A DNA stretch of 64,000 nt from Octopus sinensis (Eukaryota): positions 6,200,001 to 6,264,000 of the forward strand of contig NC_043024.1 of NCBI RefSeq assembly GCF_006345805.1, read 5' to 3'. Position 1 is the stretch's first letter, and every line of letters starts with the position of its first letter. Shown here one piece after another: positions 53,037-64,000 of the stretch. The position numbers were made by a program, and so were the translations under genes. The notes beneath the pieces are model-generated. The model was given only the letters and a program-made list of their open reading frames with translations. It was not told where the DNA came from and did not search any database.

Positions 53037-53189
53037 TGTTGTTATTACTATTATAAATCTCAAAGTAAACGCCAGTATTTAAAAGGAGTTACAAGTTGTA
53101 CTTGGACTTCCTTTCCTTTCTTCCTTCCTGTAACTTTCTGCAGCCAAACTGGTGCCAGGACCATTATTATAAATGTTAGATAGTTGTTG

Positions 53190-53223
<34 letters not shown>

Positions 53224-54149
53224 TCATTGTTGATGTTTTTTCTGTCTTTTGGATTCATTTGTACCATTTTGAGCTGTTAATTTCTATTCGAACCCTTCCA
53301 TTGTTGTTGTTATTGTTGTTGCTTCTTTAGCAATAGGTCAGCCTTGATCCAGTAGACCGGTTATCAAAAGCATACTAGTCGTGACTATTGTGTCCTTATG
53401 TCTCTAAGGAATTACCTAGTGTATCTCTAAAAAAAACCAAAAGAACATTCGAGCGAGGTCGTTGCCAGTGCCGCTGGACTGGCTCCTGTGCATGTGGCAT
53501 GTAAAAAAACACCATTTGAGCGTGGCCGTTGCTAGTACCGCCTGACTGGCCCTATATGTCGGTGGCACATAAAAGCACCCACTACACTCTCAGAGTGGTT
53601 GGCATTAGAAAGGGCATCCAGCTGTAGAAAGCTGCGGCCATCTGGTTCGCCAAACCTCAGTCAAAACGTCCAACCCATGCTAGCATTGAAAGTGGACGTT
53701 AAATGATGATGATGATGATGATGATGACAGGGCCTAAAGTTTCGTGTGTTTCCGTGATCTTGATAATCGTATCTGGACTGCCTGCTTTTACTGCCTTGTC
53801 AGTCTGTCCAACCATGCCCCAGATGAATGATGCCAAGTGACTGTGGTTATATACAGAGCCACCTTAACAACAATAAAGGCCACTGAGTACACCAATGCAC
53901 TGCATCCAATAATATTTACTTATTGACAGCCGGCCACAACAAAGATTAGAATCAGGCCCTTAGACCTGATTGCTCCACAACCCTTTTTCACTTGTGGTAC
54001 ACTGATATTCTTTTCAAAATTCAGCAGTACACCTGATTATTATTATTATGTGATGAAGACTCACAGTTTGTTTTGCTGGGTATGATGGAAAGTGTCAGCT
54101 GTCCGCGACCAGCAGACTAAGGTGACACTTGTTTACTGGTCATGCTTCA

Positions 54150-54325
54150 AGTAATCTGTGAAGAATTGCTGCAGTTCCAAGCAATGCTGATTTTTTTGTA
54201 AGTGTTATACTTTCACACTTGAACCAGTCTCTTTTAGCCATGTTGCTAGTTGAGGGCTGGTACTTCCAAGTGCACCAATTACTATTGGTATCATGCTTTG
54301 AATCTTCAGCAGTTCGCAGTGAAAA
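54150..54325 (-). mobile_element. R4/Dong-like LINE C-terminal fragment
   Basis: IPIVIGALG..L..WL......LQK.SALLGTAAIL.R.L. Confidence 0.75.
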
Positions 54326-56214
54326 GATGTCATGTTCAAAATATCATAATAGATGGGTAAAGAAGCATCCTTGAAGTGAAACAATGGTATCAAAGGTAAA
54401 AAAAAAAGGTATCAACAATCAGAAGAGAGGGAAGGGAACATCACCTTTCAAATAACTCAGAACAGGTAAAGGTAAGCTTGCTAAAGTTTAATGCAGTTTA
54501 AATATGGAGATTAAGATTGTTTGGTATTGGATATTCATCACGTACATTGTTCCTGGTCAATTTTAATCACCATTGCTGGTGGACAGTTGAAATAAATGAA
54601 TAGACAAAATCCTTTCACTTTTATAATATTCTCTAACCAAGAAATAATACACAATTACAACACATAAATAAATAATAAATAAAAAAAATGTGAAAACTAC
54701 TAAAAAATATTCTCTAATGCCAATATACGACCCTATAGAAGCCCCTACATACAAAAAACTATGTACAGACAACAAATTAGAAAGAAACCCTTGTAAATTA
54801 CCGTCCCTTTATGCAGGACCTCTGGGCAAAATGTTATAGTGCATAACAGTTCTTGGGACATAAGGAATGTGTGTAAAGTTTGGTGAAGATTGGTTGAGAA
54901 TTACGGAAATGTATGCGTTGGCCAATATACTCACACATACTGTGATTTATATATACTAGGTTATATAATAAACGATGGTTGGTTGCATGAGGGCAAAACT
55001 TCTTGGCTTGGATGGTTAGCACTATAAGCTATATGTCAGACTTGTTTGTAGATCTCCTGGCAAATATCTAACATAACTGACCATGTATTTTAAGCAGTTC
55101 TCTAAATTCCACCAGTTGCGGAATCAATAACACAATATTTTACCAGAAATAATTTGATGTGATATAATTTCTATGACAGTATTTAGGAAACCAAAGTAAA
55201 ATTACAAGCAACTAATTTTTGGTTTTATGTCTATGATCCAAAGTTTAAATTCCTCACATATAACTATATACATGCTCTGCCCTTGATGCCCGATGCCAAG
55301 ATCTAAGCATTTCCTGCAGGCTTTCTGAGCTTAACTACAAGCATATGAAATAAACGTCTGGAAATAACTTTTGGTTTCATCTCGGCTGGCTGGAACCAAA
55401 CTTCTAAAAGACAATTATTGGTTCAATAGTTAAATTCAACTTACATTGAAAGTCAGCAAAGTTTGCTTTTGAAGCACTGAGATGTATTGAAAGATACGGA
55501 TAAGGAAATAATTTTTAACTCAAACGCCAGGATAATCCTAACAATATAGCATGAACAGGATAAACTATCCATAGTTTGATTTAAAGCCTATATAGATATA
55601 CATAGAACAAGGCTGTAACTCTTAATACCTTTAATGTTGGCCTCACACACATACATATAAGTTGAATAATAAATGGAAAGAGATTGGTGCATGGAAGCCA
55701 TTATCTTCTTCTGTGAGTTACCTCATGTCTGCTGGTCACTGCATGTTGTAAGAGAGCCAGCTAGCTGGACCATGTCCTTGCTCTCCGACATCTAGATGTC
55801 AAAAGAGGAAGTCGCAAGGCCTCATGTTAGAATCTCACCACTCAAGTGCCATCAAGTGGGAGCTTGTGTAAAACCACTGTCAAAGGAGGTAACTGCACCT
55901 ATAAATATTTATCTTATTTTATTTCTTTCCATTTTGTTTCATTTCCTTGGAAAATTTGAAGATTTTCTGTTCCTGTATAATCTTTTCTACTCAAAGCCCA
56001 AGGCCTGAAATTTTGCGGGAGGGGGTCAGTCGATTAGATTGACCCCAGTACGCAACTGGTACGTAATATACCAAGCCTGAAAGGATGAAAGGCAAAGTCA
56101 ACCTTGTATAATGAATAAACTAAGGAACTACACCGTCCTTTCTTCTGACTAAACTTATTACTACCAATATGCTATCCTGAACACAGCCAAAAACCATTAT
56201 ATATATATATACAT

Positions 56215-56261
<47 letters not shown>

Positions 56262-56266
56262 ACACA

Positions 56267-56405
56267 CCGGAGTAAACACAAGGTGGAAAAAAGAGTACTC
56301 AAATACCAGTGGTAGAGTAATATGCTTTATTTAAAGCAGCAGAAAATTCAACAAAACCTGTTACTCTGAGTTTCCCGTTGCCGTTCATCGGACAGTTTTT
56401 GCTAG
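56267..56405 (-). mobile_element. ~140-bp element in (TA)n with minimal hammerhead-like motif
   Basis: CTGT-CCGATGA-acggcaacgg-GAAA-CTCaGAG-TA-ACAG at 56358-56395. Sister copy at 47218-47380 (core CTGGCAA); inverted fragment at 13085-13155. Confidence 0.65.
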
Positions 56406-56479
<74 letters not shown>

Positions 56480-56496
56480 CATACATATATATATAC

Positions 56497-56538
<42 letters not shown>

Positions 56539-57400
56539 CTATATATTTATATATATGTATGTATGTATACACACACATACATACATACTTACATATATAT
56601 ATATTTATGTATATACACACACACACATACATACACACAAGTATGTATAAATATTAAACATAAATTACATCTTCTATGCATCTCTTAATATATACATACC
56701 ACATCTAAACACAAGTCATATCCTTCCGCCGAAACAGAGAACTATTTACATTAAAGCCTTACATTGCAGTCAATGAAAACATGCTCCTGGTAAAATAAGC
56801 CACAGTTTTGGCTCCGTTCTTCCCAAAGAAATTATGATTATGTTGGGTTTGTAGGTGTGTGTGTGTGTGTCTGTAAACGAATAGCATGTGTGTATGTGTG
56901 TGTGTATGCATATATACATACACATATGTATTTGCATACATGTGTATGCATGTATGTGGTGGTGGAGCTGTGGGTGTATGTATCTGAGTAAACACACATG
57001 TTATGTGTATGTTATGGATATAAATAAACAATTCGATATGATACATACAAATATATATACACACATGCACACACACACACACACATATACACACACATTC
57101 ATAAATATAAATATACATACATATGTACATACACTTATATACATGTATACACAATATACATCCATACGGAAAATTTCACATGTATGTATATGCATATTAC
57201 ATATGTATGTGGGTGTGTGTATGTTTACTTATTCTGTATAAGCAAGAAAGAGAGGGAGAGAGAGGGAGAGAGACAGGTAGCTAGTGGGGCAGAGTTAGGT
57301 GATATATCTAATTAGACAGGTAGATAACTGTATCTACATACAGGTATATAGACACACAACAGATACAATACATCTGGGATTCGTCTAGGTCATCACTGTA

Positions 57401-57470
<70 letters not shown>

Positions 57471-57709
57471 TGAATATAAAAATACAAAGGTATGCGGCTG
57501 AATTTCACAAAAGGAAGAAGAAAATGTACTCAATACATGTGGTAGAGTTTGTTTATACATTTAGAAGCAAATGGTTGAATCTGGCACGTATATATATATA
57601 TATATATAGTTAATCCAAACATGAAAACACAAAGAGGAAACACAACAACGCGAGGATGTGGAACAAGTATAGTGTTATTGGATGCTCAGGAAAGAAGGAA
57701 AGAAGGAGG

Positions 57710-57744
57710 GTTTAACGTTTCGAGCGGAGCTCTTCATCAGAAAT
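57710..57744 (-). ncRNA. Minimal type I hammerhead in the ~205-bp element (copy 3)
   Basis: TTT-CTGATGA-aGAGCtccGCTC-GAAA-CGTT-AAA. Confidence 0.7.
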
Positions 57745-57848
57745 ATAGGAAAAGGAAAGATCCAAAGAAGGGAAAATGGAGGAAAAAAAATCGCCAACGG
57801 TACACACACGGTCACATTTTGAATATATATATATAATTGTCATTTTAG

Positions 57849-57879
<31 letters not shown>

Positions 57880-58147
57880 ATTGACATAATATAATGTCTA
57901 AAAGTTGATGACTACCACCTATTGATCCCCTCCATTTTCGTATTGCTCTATAAATTAATGGTAAAATAACTTTTTACCCTCACACATTTAGTACACTCGG
58001 TAATGTAATTGCAATGCAATAAAGAAAACACTTGTGTATTAATAATTGGGTATTCCACCAGCAGTAGATTGGATAGATATTATCCCTTAGTTGGTTGGAT
58101 TCACAACCTCTAACTCTCTTGGAATTAATATATATATATATATATAT

Positions 58148-58393
58148 TCTTTTACTTGTTTCAATCATTTGACTGTAGCCATGCTGGAGTACCACCTTAA
58201 TGGGTGTTAGTCTAGAAATCAATGCCAGGACTTATTCTTTGTAAGCCTAGTACTTATTCTATCAATCTCTTTTGCCAAACTGCTAAGTTACGGGGCCGTA
58301 AACAGACCAACATCAGTCGTCAAGCAATGGCAGGGGGACAAACACACACACACATAAATACATACATACTTATACATACATACATACATACAT

Positions 58394-58460
<67 letters not shown>

Positions 58461-58461
58461 T

Positions 58462-58494
<33 letters not shown>

Positions 58495-59036
58495 CAATGA
58501 GCTTCTTTCAGTTTCCGTCTTTGGTTAGCCCGATGCTATAGTAGAAGACACTTGCTCAAGGACCCGCACAGTGGGACTGAACCTGGAACCATGTGGTTGG
58601 GAAGCCAGCTTCTTACCACACAATATATATATTTTACTCTATTACTCATTTCAGCCATGTGGTTGTGGTCATGCTGGAGCACCACATATTTTTTGTGATA
58701 AGAAGTTTACTTCCAAATCTCATGTTGCCAAGTTCAGTTTCATTGCGTGGCACCTTGGGGCAAGTATCTTCTACCATAACCTCAGACCAACCAAAGCCTT
58801 GAGAGTGGATTTGGTCAACAGAATCTGAAAGAAGCCCATCAAATATATGTCTGTGTGTGTGTATTTGTGTTTGTTCCCCACTGCCACTTGACAAACAGTG
58901 TTGGTGTTTTTATGTCCTCATAACCTAGTGGTTTGACAAAAGAAACTGATAAAAAGTAATTAAGTACCGGGGTCAATTATTTTGACTAAAATTCCTCAAG
59001 ATGGTGTCCCAGTATGGTCGCAGTCCGGTGACTGAA
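58148..59036. mobile_element. Two head-to-head CORE-like SINEs
   Basis: Minus copy at 58148-58621, plus copy at about 58695-59036. Confidence 0.8.
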
Positions 59037-60475
59037 AATATACATATGCATATATATACATACATATATATGACCAAGACCTTTGGCATAATGTTGTGCT
59101 TGAGAAGAAGACCCATCAAGCTGAGCAAAATGGCAGTTGTGACAGTTTCTGGTGTCACGCAATATGGCACCCATGCTGGTGGCAAATAATCACATCCCGG
59201 TGTAATGCAAATAGCACCCATGCTGGTGGCACCTAAAAGTATCCATTACACTCTCAGAGTGGTTGTCATTAGGAAGGGCATCCAGCCGTAGAAAACCATG
59301 CCAAATCAGACTGGATCTTGGCGCAGCCTTCCGACATGCCAGCCCAGTCAAACTGCCGAACCCATGTCAGCATGGACAACAGACGTTAACTGTTGATGAT
59401 GATGATATATATATGTGTGTGTTTGTGTGTGTGTGTGTGTGTGAGTGTCTGTGTGTGAGTGTGTGTATGAGTGTGTGTGTGTGTGAGTGTATACATACAT
59501 ACATACATACATACATACATACATACATAATACCTACATACCTACATACATACATACATACATATATATTTTTTATAATATATGTTTATTAATATCAGGA
59601 AATCAATATTAGAGAATTCTTCAGAAAGATATATACGTGTGTAAAATAATTGTTGTATTAAAAATATATAAATATTTATAAAAATATATATAAATATGTA
59701 TAAGTATAAATATATAATGTATATGACAGTTTAAAAGTTTTGAATTAAGTTTTTAAAGCATCTTAGGCTCGTTTCACAGAAGTTTTGTCCCTATAATGAA
59801 ATCCTATACTGATAAGCATTTATAGACAACTCTTCTGCTCTTCAGAGATATAAAATATGAATTTTGTATTACATATCGAATGGTATTTTTTTTAAAATTT
59901 GAAGTAATACTACAAAATACTATACAAAGAACATGAAGGAGAGTGAAGAAGATTATATGGTAAAAAGTAGATGAAGAATTAAACAATATATGAAGTCAGA
60001 CAAGTAAATCACATGGTTGATCGGAAGAAAAGTGAAGGAAAATAGAAAGAAATTAAACAATCACAGAGTGTGTACTCTGACACACAACACACACACACAT
60101 CAACCAAACAATTAGATGTTGTTATACATCGCTGGTCACAATGCACTTCCAAAAGTATAACTACACACAGAAATGCACACATACACACCTAAATACTGAT
60201 TCATACACTGAAATATATATACCCACTTAGAAACTGAAATGTACATCTACCCACGCAACATGCCCACCTGCACACACACACACACACACACACTCAAATA
60301 CACATATACACATGCACATCAAGTTGTCTATAGAGCTATATATATATGAATATGTGTGTTGTATGTGTGTATGTGTGTATGTATGTATATATATATATTA
60401 TATATATATATATATACACACACTCACACATACACGCATGCAAAAACAAGCAACCACACACACGCACATGCATGT

Positions 60476-60512
<37 letters not shown>

Positions 60513-61058
60513 TTCCGCTGAGCCACATCATTACTTTCAGTTAAATCACAAGCTGTTGTTAAAAAAACAAACTGCTGGCGTTATTTCCATCAACATGAAA
60601 CTGTCTCTTCATAAGAGACAGAACTTTTCTGTTTTTTTTTTTTAATATATATAATTACTCAGAGACGCCAATGCATAGTAAAGCAATAGCCAGTTGCTAA
60701 TCATCCACGAGTAATTATCTACATGGTAAATTGTACAATAAAGTGTTCTGGCAGACAGAGTTTCAATGAAGCTAGAAAGCTTTTAAAACTGTCACCCAGT
60801 GTTTCATGTTTCTGATCATCAGACAGAAATTCATTGAATAACAGTTGTAAGCATTTTTTAGTTGTAATAAATCACCATATTTTAATCTACTTCTGGTATT
60901 TGAGAACTATTTTTGGTATATATTTGCTCACATATGTGCATGTATGTATGTATGGATGGATGGATAGATGGATTTATGAGTATGTATGATGTGCATGTAT
61001 GTGTATGTATGTACATGTGGATATATTATATATATATATATATATATATAATATGGTG

Positions 61059-61092
<34 letters not shown>

Positions 61093-61291
61093 TATATGTA
61101 TATATATATACTAAGCAATAAGGGTTTAGCAACGATTGCCTTACCACATACCGAATTAGAAATACAGTCAAAGGGTTATAGCTATTTCTTCTACTAAAAA
61201 GGGAGATCTCAGTAAAAACAGCATTTAGAAGGCAGACACAACAGGTAAGAGAGAATGAATTGACTGCAATCTATCATACATTTTTTAGTTA

Positions 61292-61396
61292 TCCACGGAC
61301 GTACGTTTCGAAATCAAGTTTTTAGGAAAGCATAAGAATTAAATATTAAATATTAAATAATTCTATCTTACCGAACTTCTTTCTCTTCAGCGTAGA
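61292..61396 (-). ncRNA. Type I hammerhead ribozyme (inverted unit)
   Basis: TCTACG-CTGAAGA-[~75-nt stem II]-GAAA-CGTACG-TC-CGTGGA on the minus strand. Confidence 0.82.
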
Positions 61397-62163
61397 ATAC
61401 TATAATCATAAATGATTATATATGAATTTTGAGATACCAGAAGGCACCAACTCAACTCAGTATCAGAGCGAGCTAGAATCCGCAACTGGTATCAACGAAT
61501 TCAATTTGTGAATGAAACGATTGTGTCAACAGCCCCTTCCCACCCGCGTGTAGCCAAAACAAGATGCTGTGGTCATCTACTGAGATAAAATATGGTTATC
61601 CGTAATAATGAAGGGTGAAATTATTAATTTGGAAAAATTATCAATTACACCAAGTAGTCTTCGGCATGTAAAAGCCTCATTCGAGGAAATTTAAGTAATA
61701 CTAAGCAATAAGGGTTTAGCAACGAGTTGCCTTACCACATACCACATGTTTTTACTGAGATCTCCCTTTTTAGTAGAAGAAATAGCTATAACCTTTGACT
61801 GCTATTTCTAAATCGGTATATGTGGTAAGGCAACTCGTTGCTAAACCCTTATTGCTTAGTATTACTTAAATTTCCTCGAATGAGGCTTTTACATGCGAAG
61901 ACTACTTGGTGTAATTGATAATTTTTCCAAATTAATTAATTCACCTGCATTATTACGGATAACCATATTTTATCTCAGTAGATGACCACAGCATCTTGTT
62001 TTGGCTACACGCGGGTGGAAGGGGCTGTTTGACACAATCGTTTCATTCACAAATTGAATTCGGTTGATACCAGTTGCGGATTCTAGCTCGCTCTGATACT
62101 GAGTTGAGTTGGTGCCTTCTGGTATCTCAAAATTCAATATATAATCATTTATGATTATAGTAT

Positions 62164-62268
62164 TCTACGCTGAAGAGAAAAGAAGTTCGGTAAGATAGAA
62201 TTATTTAATATTTATATTTAATTCTTATGCTTTCCTAAAAACTTGATTTCGAAACGTACGTCCGTGGA
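62164..62268 (+). ncRNA. Type I hammerhead ribozyme
   Basis: Stem I TCTACG/CGTGGA (6 bp, one G-U); CTGAAGA at 62170-62176; stem II closed by GAAA/TTTC; GAAA at 62251-62254; palindromic CGTACG; GTC cleavage triplet ending at 62262. Confidence 0.85.
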
Positions 62269-62760
62269 TAACTAAAAAAATGTATGATAGATTGCAGTCA
62301 ATTCATTCCTCTCTTACCTGTTTGTGTCTGCCCTTCCAAATGCTGTTTTTACTGAGATCTCCCTTTTTAGTAGAAGAAATAGCTATAACCCTTTGACTGC
62401 TATTTCTAAATTCGGTATGTGGTAAGGCAACTCGTTTGTAAACCTTATGCTTAGTATTACTTAAATTTTCCTCGAATGAGGCTTTTACATGCCGAAGACT
62501 ACTTGGTGTAATTGATAATTTTTCCAAATTAATTAATTTGCACCCTTCATTATTACGGAAACCATATTTTATCTCAGTAGATGACCACAGCATCTTGTTT
62601 TGGCTACACGCGGGTGGAAGGGGCTGTTGACACAATCGTTTCATTCACAAATTGAATTCGGTGATACCAGTTGCGGATTCTAGCTCGCTCTGATACTGAG
62701 TTGAGTTGGTGCCTTCTGGTATCTCAAAATTCAATATATAATCATTTATGATTATAGTAT

Positions 62761-62866
62761 TCTACGCTGAAGAGAAAAGAAGTTTCGGTAAGATAGAATT
62801 ATTTAATATTAATATTTAATTCTTATGCTTTCCTAAAAACTTGATTTCGAAACGTACGTCCGTGGA
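62761..62866 (+). ncRNA. Type I hammerhead ribozyme
   Basis: Same layout; CTGAAGA at 62767-62773, GAAA at 62849-62852, GTC ending at 62860. Confidence 0.85.
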
Positions 62867-63354
62867 TAACTAAAAAAATGTATGATAGATTGCAGTCAAT
62901 TCATTCTCTCTTACCTGTTTGTGTCTGCCTTCCAAATGCTGTTTTTACTGAGATCTCCCTTTTTAGTAGAAGAAATAGCTATAACCCTTTGACTGCTATT
63001 TCTAAATTCGGTATGTGGTAAGGCAACTCGTTTGTAAACCCTTATTGCTTAGTATTACTTAAATTTTCCTCGAATGAGGCTTTTACATGCCGAAGACTAC
63101 TTGGTGTAATTGATAATTTTTCCAAATTAATTAATTTCACCTTCATTATTACGGATAACCATATTTTATCTCAGTAGATGACCACAGCATCTTGTTTTGG
63201 CTACACGCGGGTGGGAGGGGCTGTTGACACAATCGTTTCATTCACAAATTGAATTCGGTGATACCAGTTGCGGATTCTAGCTCGCTCTGATACTGAGTTG
63301 AGTTGGCCTTCTGGTATCTCAAAATTCAATATATAATCATTTATGATTATAGTA

Positions 63355-63463
63355 TTCTAGCTGAGAGAGAAAAGAAGTTTCGGTAAGATAGAATTATTTA
63401 ATATTTAATATTTAATTCTTATGCTTTCCTAAAAACTTGATTTCGAAACGTACGTCGGGTGGA
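63355..63463 (+). ncRNA. Hammerhead copy with indels in core and stem I
   Basis: Reads TCTAG-CTGAGAGA...GAAACGTACGTC-GGGTGGA; either mutated or sequencing error. Confidence 0.55.
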
Positions 63464-64000
63464 TAACTAAAAAAATGTATGATAGATTGCAGTCAATTCA
63501 TTCTCTCTTACCTGTTTGTGTCTGCCTTCCAAATGCTGTTTTTACTGAGATCTCCCTTTTTAGTAGAAGAAATAGCTAGAACCCTTTGACTGCTATTTCT
63601 AAATTCGGTAGGTGGTAAGGCAACTCGTTGCTAAACCCTTATTGCTTAGTATTACTTAAATTTTCCTCGAATGAGGCTTTTACATGCCGAAGACTACTTG
63701 GTGTAATTGATAATTTTTCCAAATTAATTAATTTCACCCTTCATTATTATGTATATATATATACATAAACATGTCCCTCTCTGTATAGTAGTGCATGTGC
63801 GCATGCACACATATGCACATACAGGTACACACATAAACACACACAAACACATAGATAGATATACAGTCGTTGATGTATTGAGTGTATAGCACACATCTAG
63901 CACACCCATGTATATATATATATTATATATATTATATATATATATATATTATATATAAGAGATTGATAGATAGATTGTCAGCATTATATAGCATTACCTG

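Larger units (their letters stand above)
61109..63749. repeat. Array of ~597-bp hammerhead-containing units with one internal inversion (retrozyme / Penelope pLTR-like)
   Basis: The marker GTTTTTACTGAGATCTCCC recurs at 61748, 62345, 62941 and 63538. 61109-61745 is the same unit in the opposite orientation. (TA)n on both flanks; no credible ORF. Confidence 0.92.

Noticed and set aside
52632-53183. 183-aa poly-Leu/Pro/His ORF resembling a signal peptide plus low-complexity protein
   Set aside because: Composed of trinucleotide microsatellites; no splice or domain support.
61109-63749. CRISPR array or protein-coding repeat interpretation (ORF 62303-62644)
   Set aside because: Eukaryotic context; long near-identical units without unique spacers; the ORF is not preserved between copies because of indels.

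Overview
AT-rich, microsatellite-saturated animal genomic DNA. The SINE families, (TA)n/(TACA)n/(TATC)n load and intron sizes suggest an octopod cephalopod; this is inference, no database was consulted. Nearly all ORFs in the supplied track are microsatellite artefacts. One real spliced gene can be rebuilt on the minus strand from six phase-consistent GT-AG exons (43353 to 26209, about 616 codons, 5' end not securely found). It encodes a single-pass receptor: degenerate SUEL/Gal-lectin-like domain, CUB domain, glycosylated stalk, TM helix, then a ~300-aa disordered tail carrying YEEI, RxLPxLP, DSGxxS, LPxY and NxxY motifs. The rest is transposon debris: Tc1, DD34D-type, DD37D and DD41D mariners, a pogo derivative, hAT and piggyBac MITEs, Helitrons, CR1 and R4/Dong-like LINE fragments, a Penelope-like element and three SINE families. 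There is also a 100-N gap with a probable false duplication. The most unusual signal is about 20 type-I hammerhead-ribozyme cores, intact or decayed. They sit in short non-coding elements, mostly embedded in (TA)n tracts and often folded back as inverted repeats. They include a 2.6-kb array of ~597-bp units with one hammerhead each (61109-63749). Together they look like a retrozyme / Penelope pseudo-LTR system. All structures were read by eye and no folding or homology software was run.
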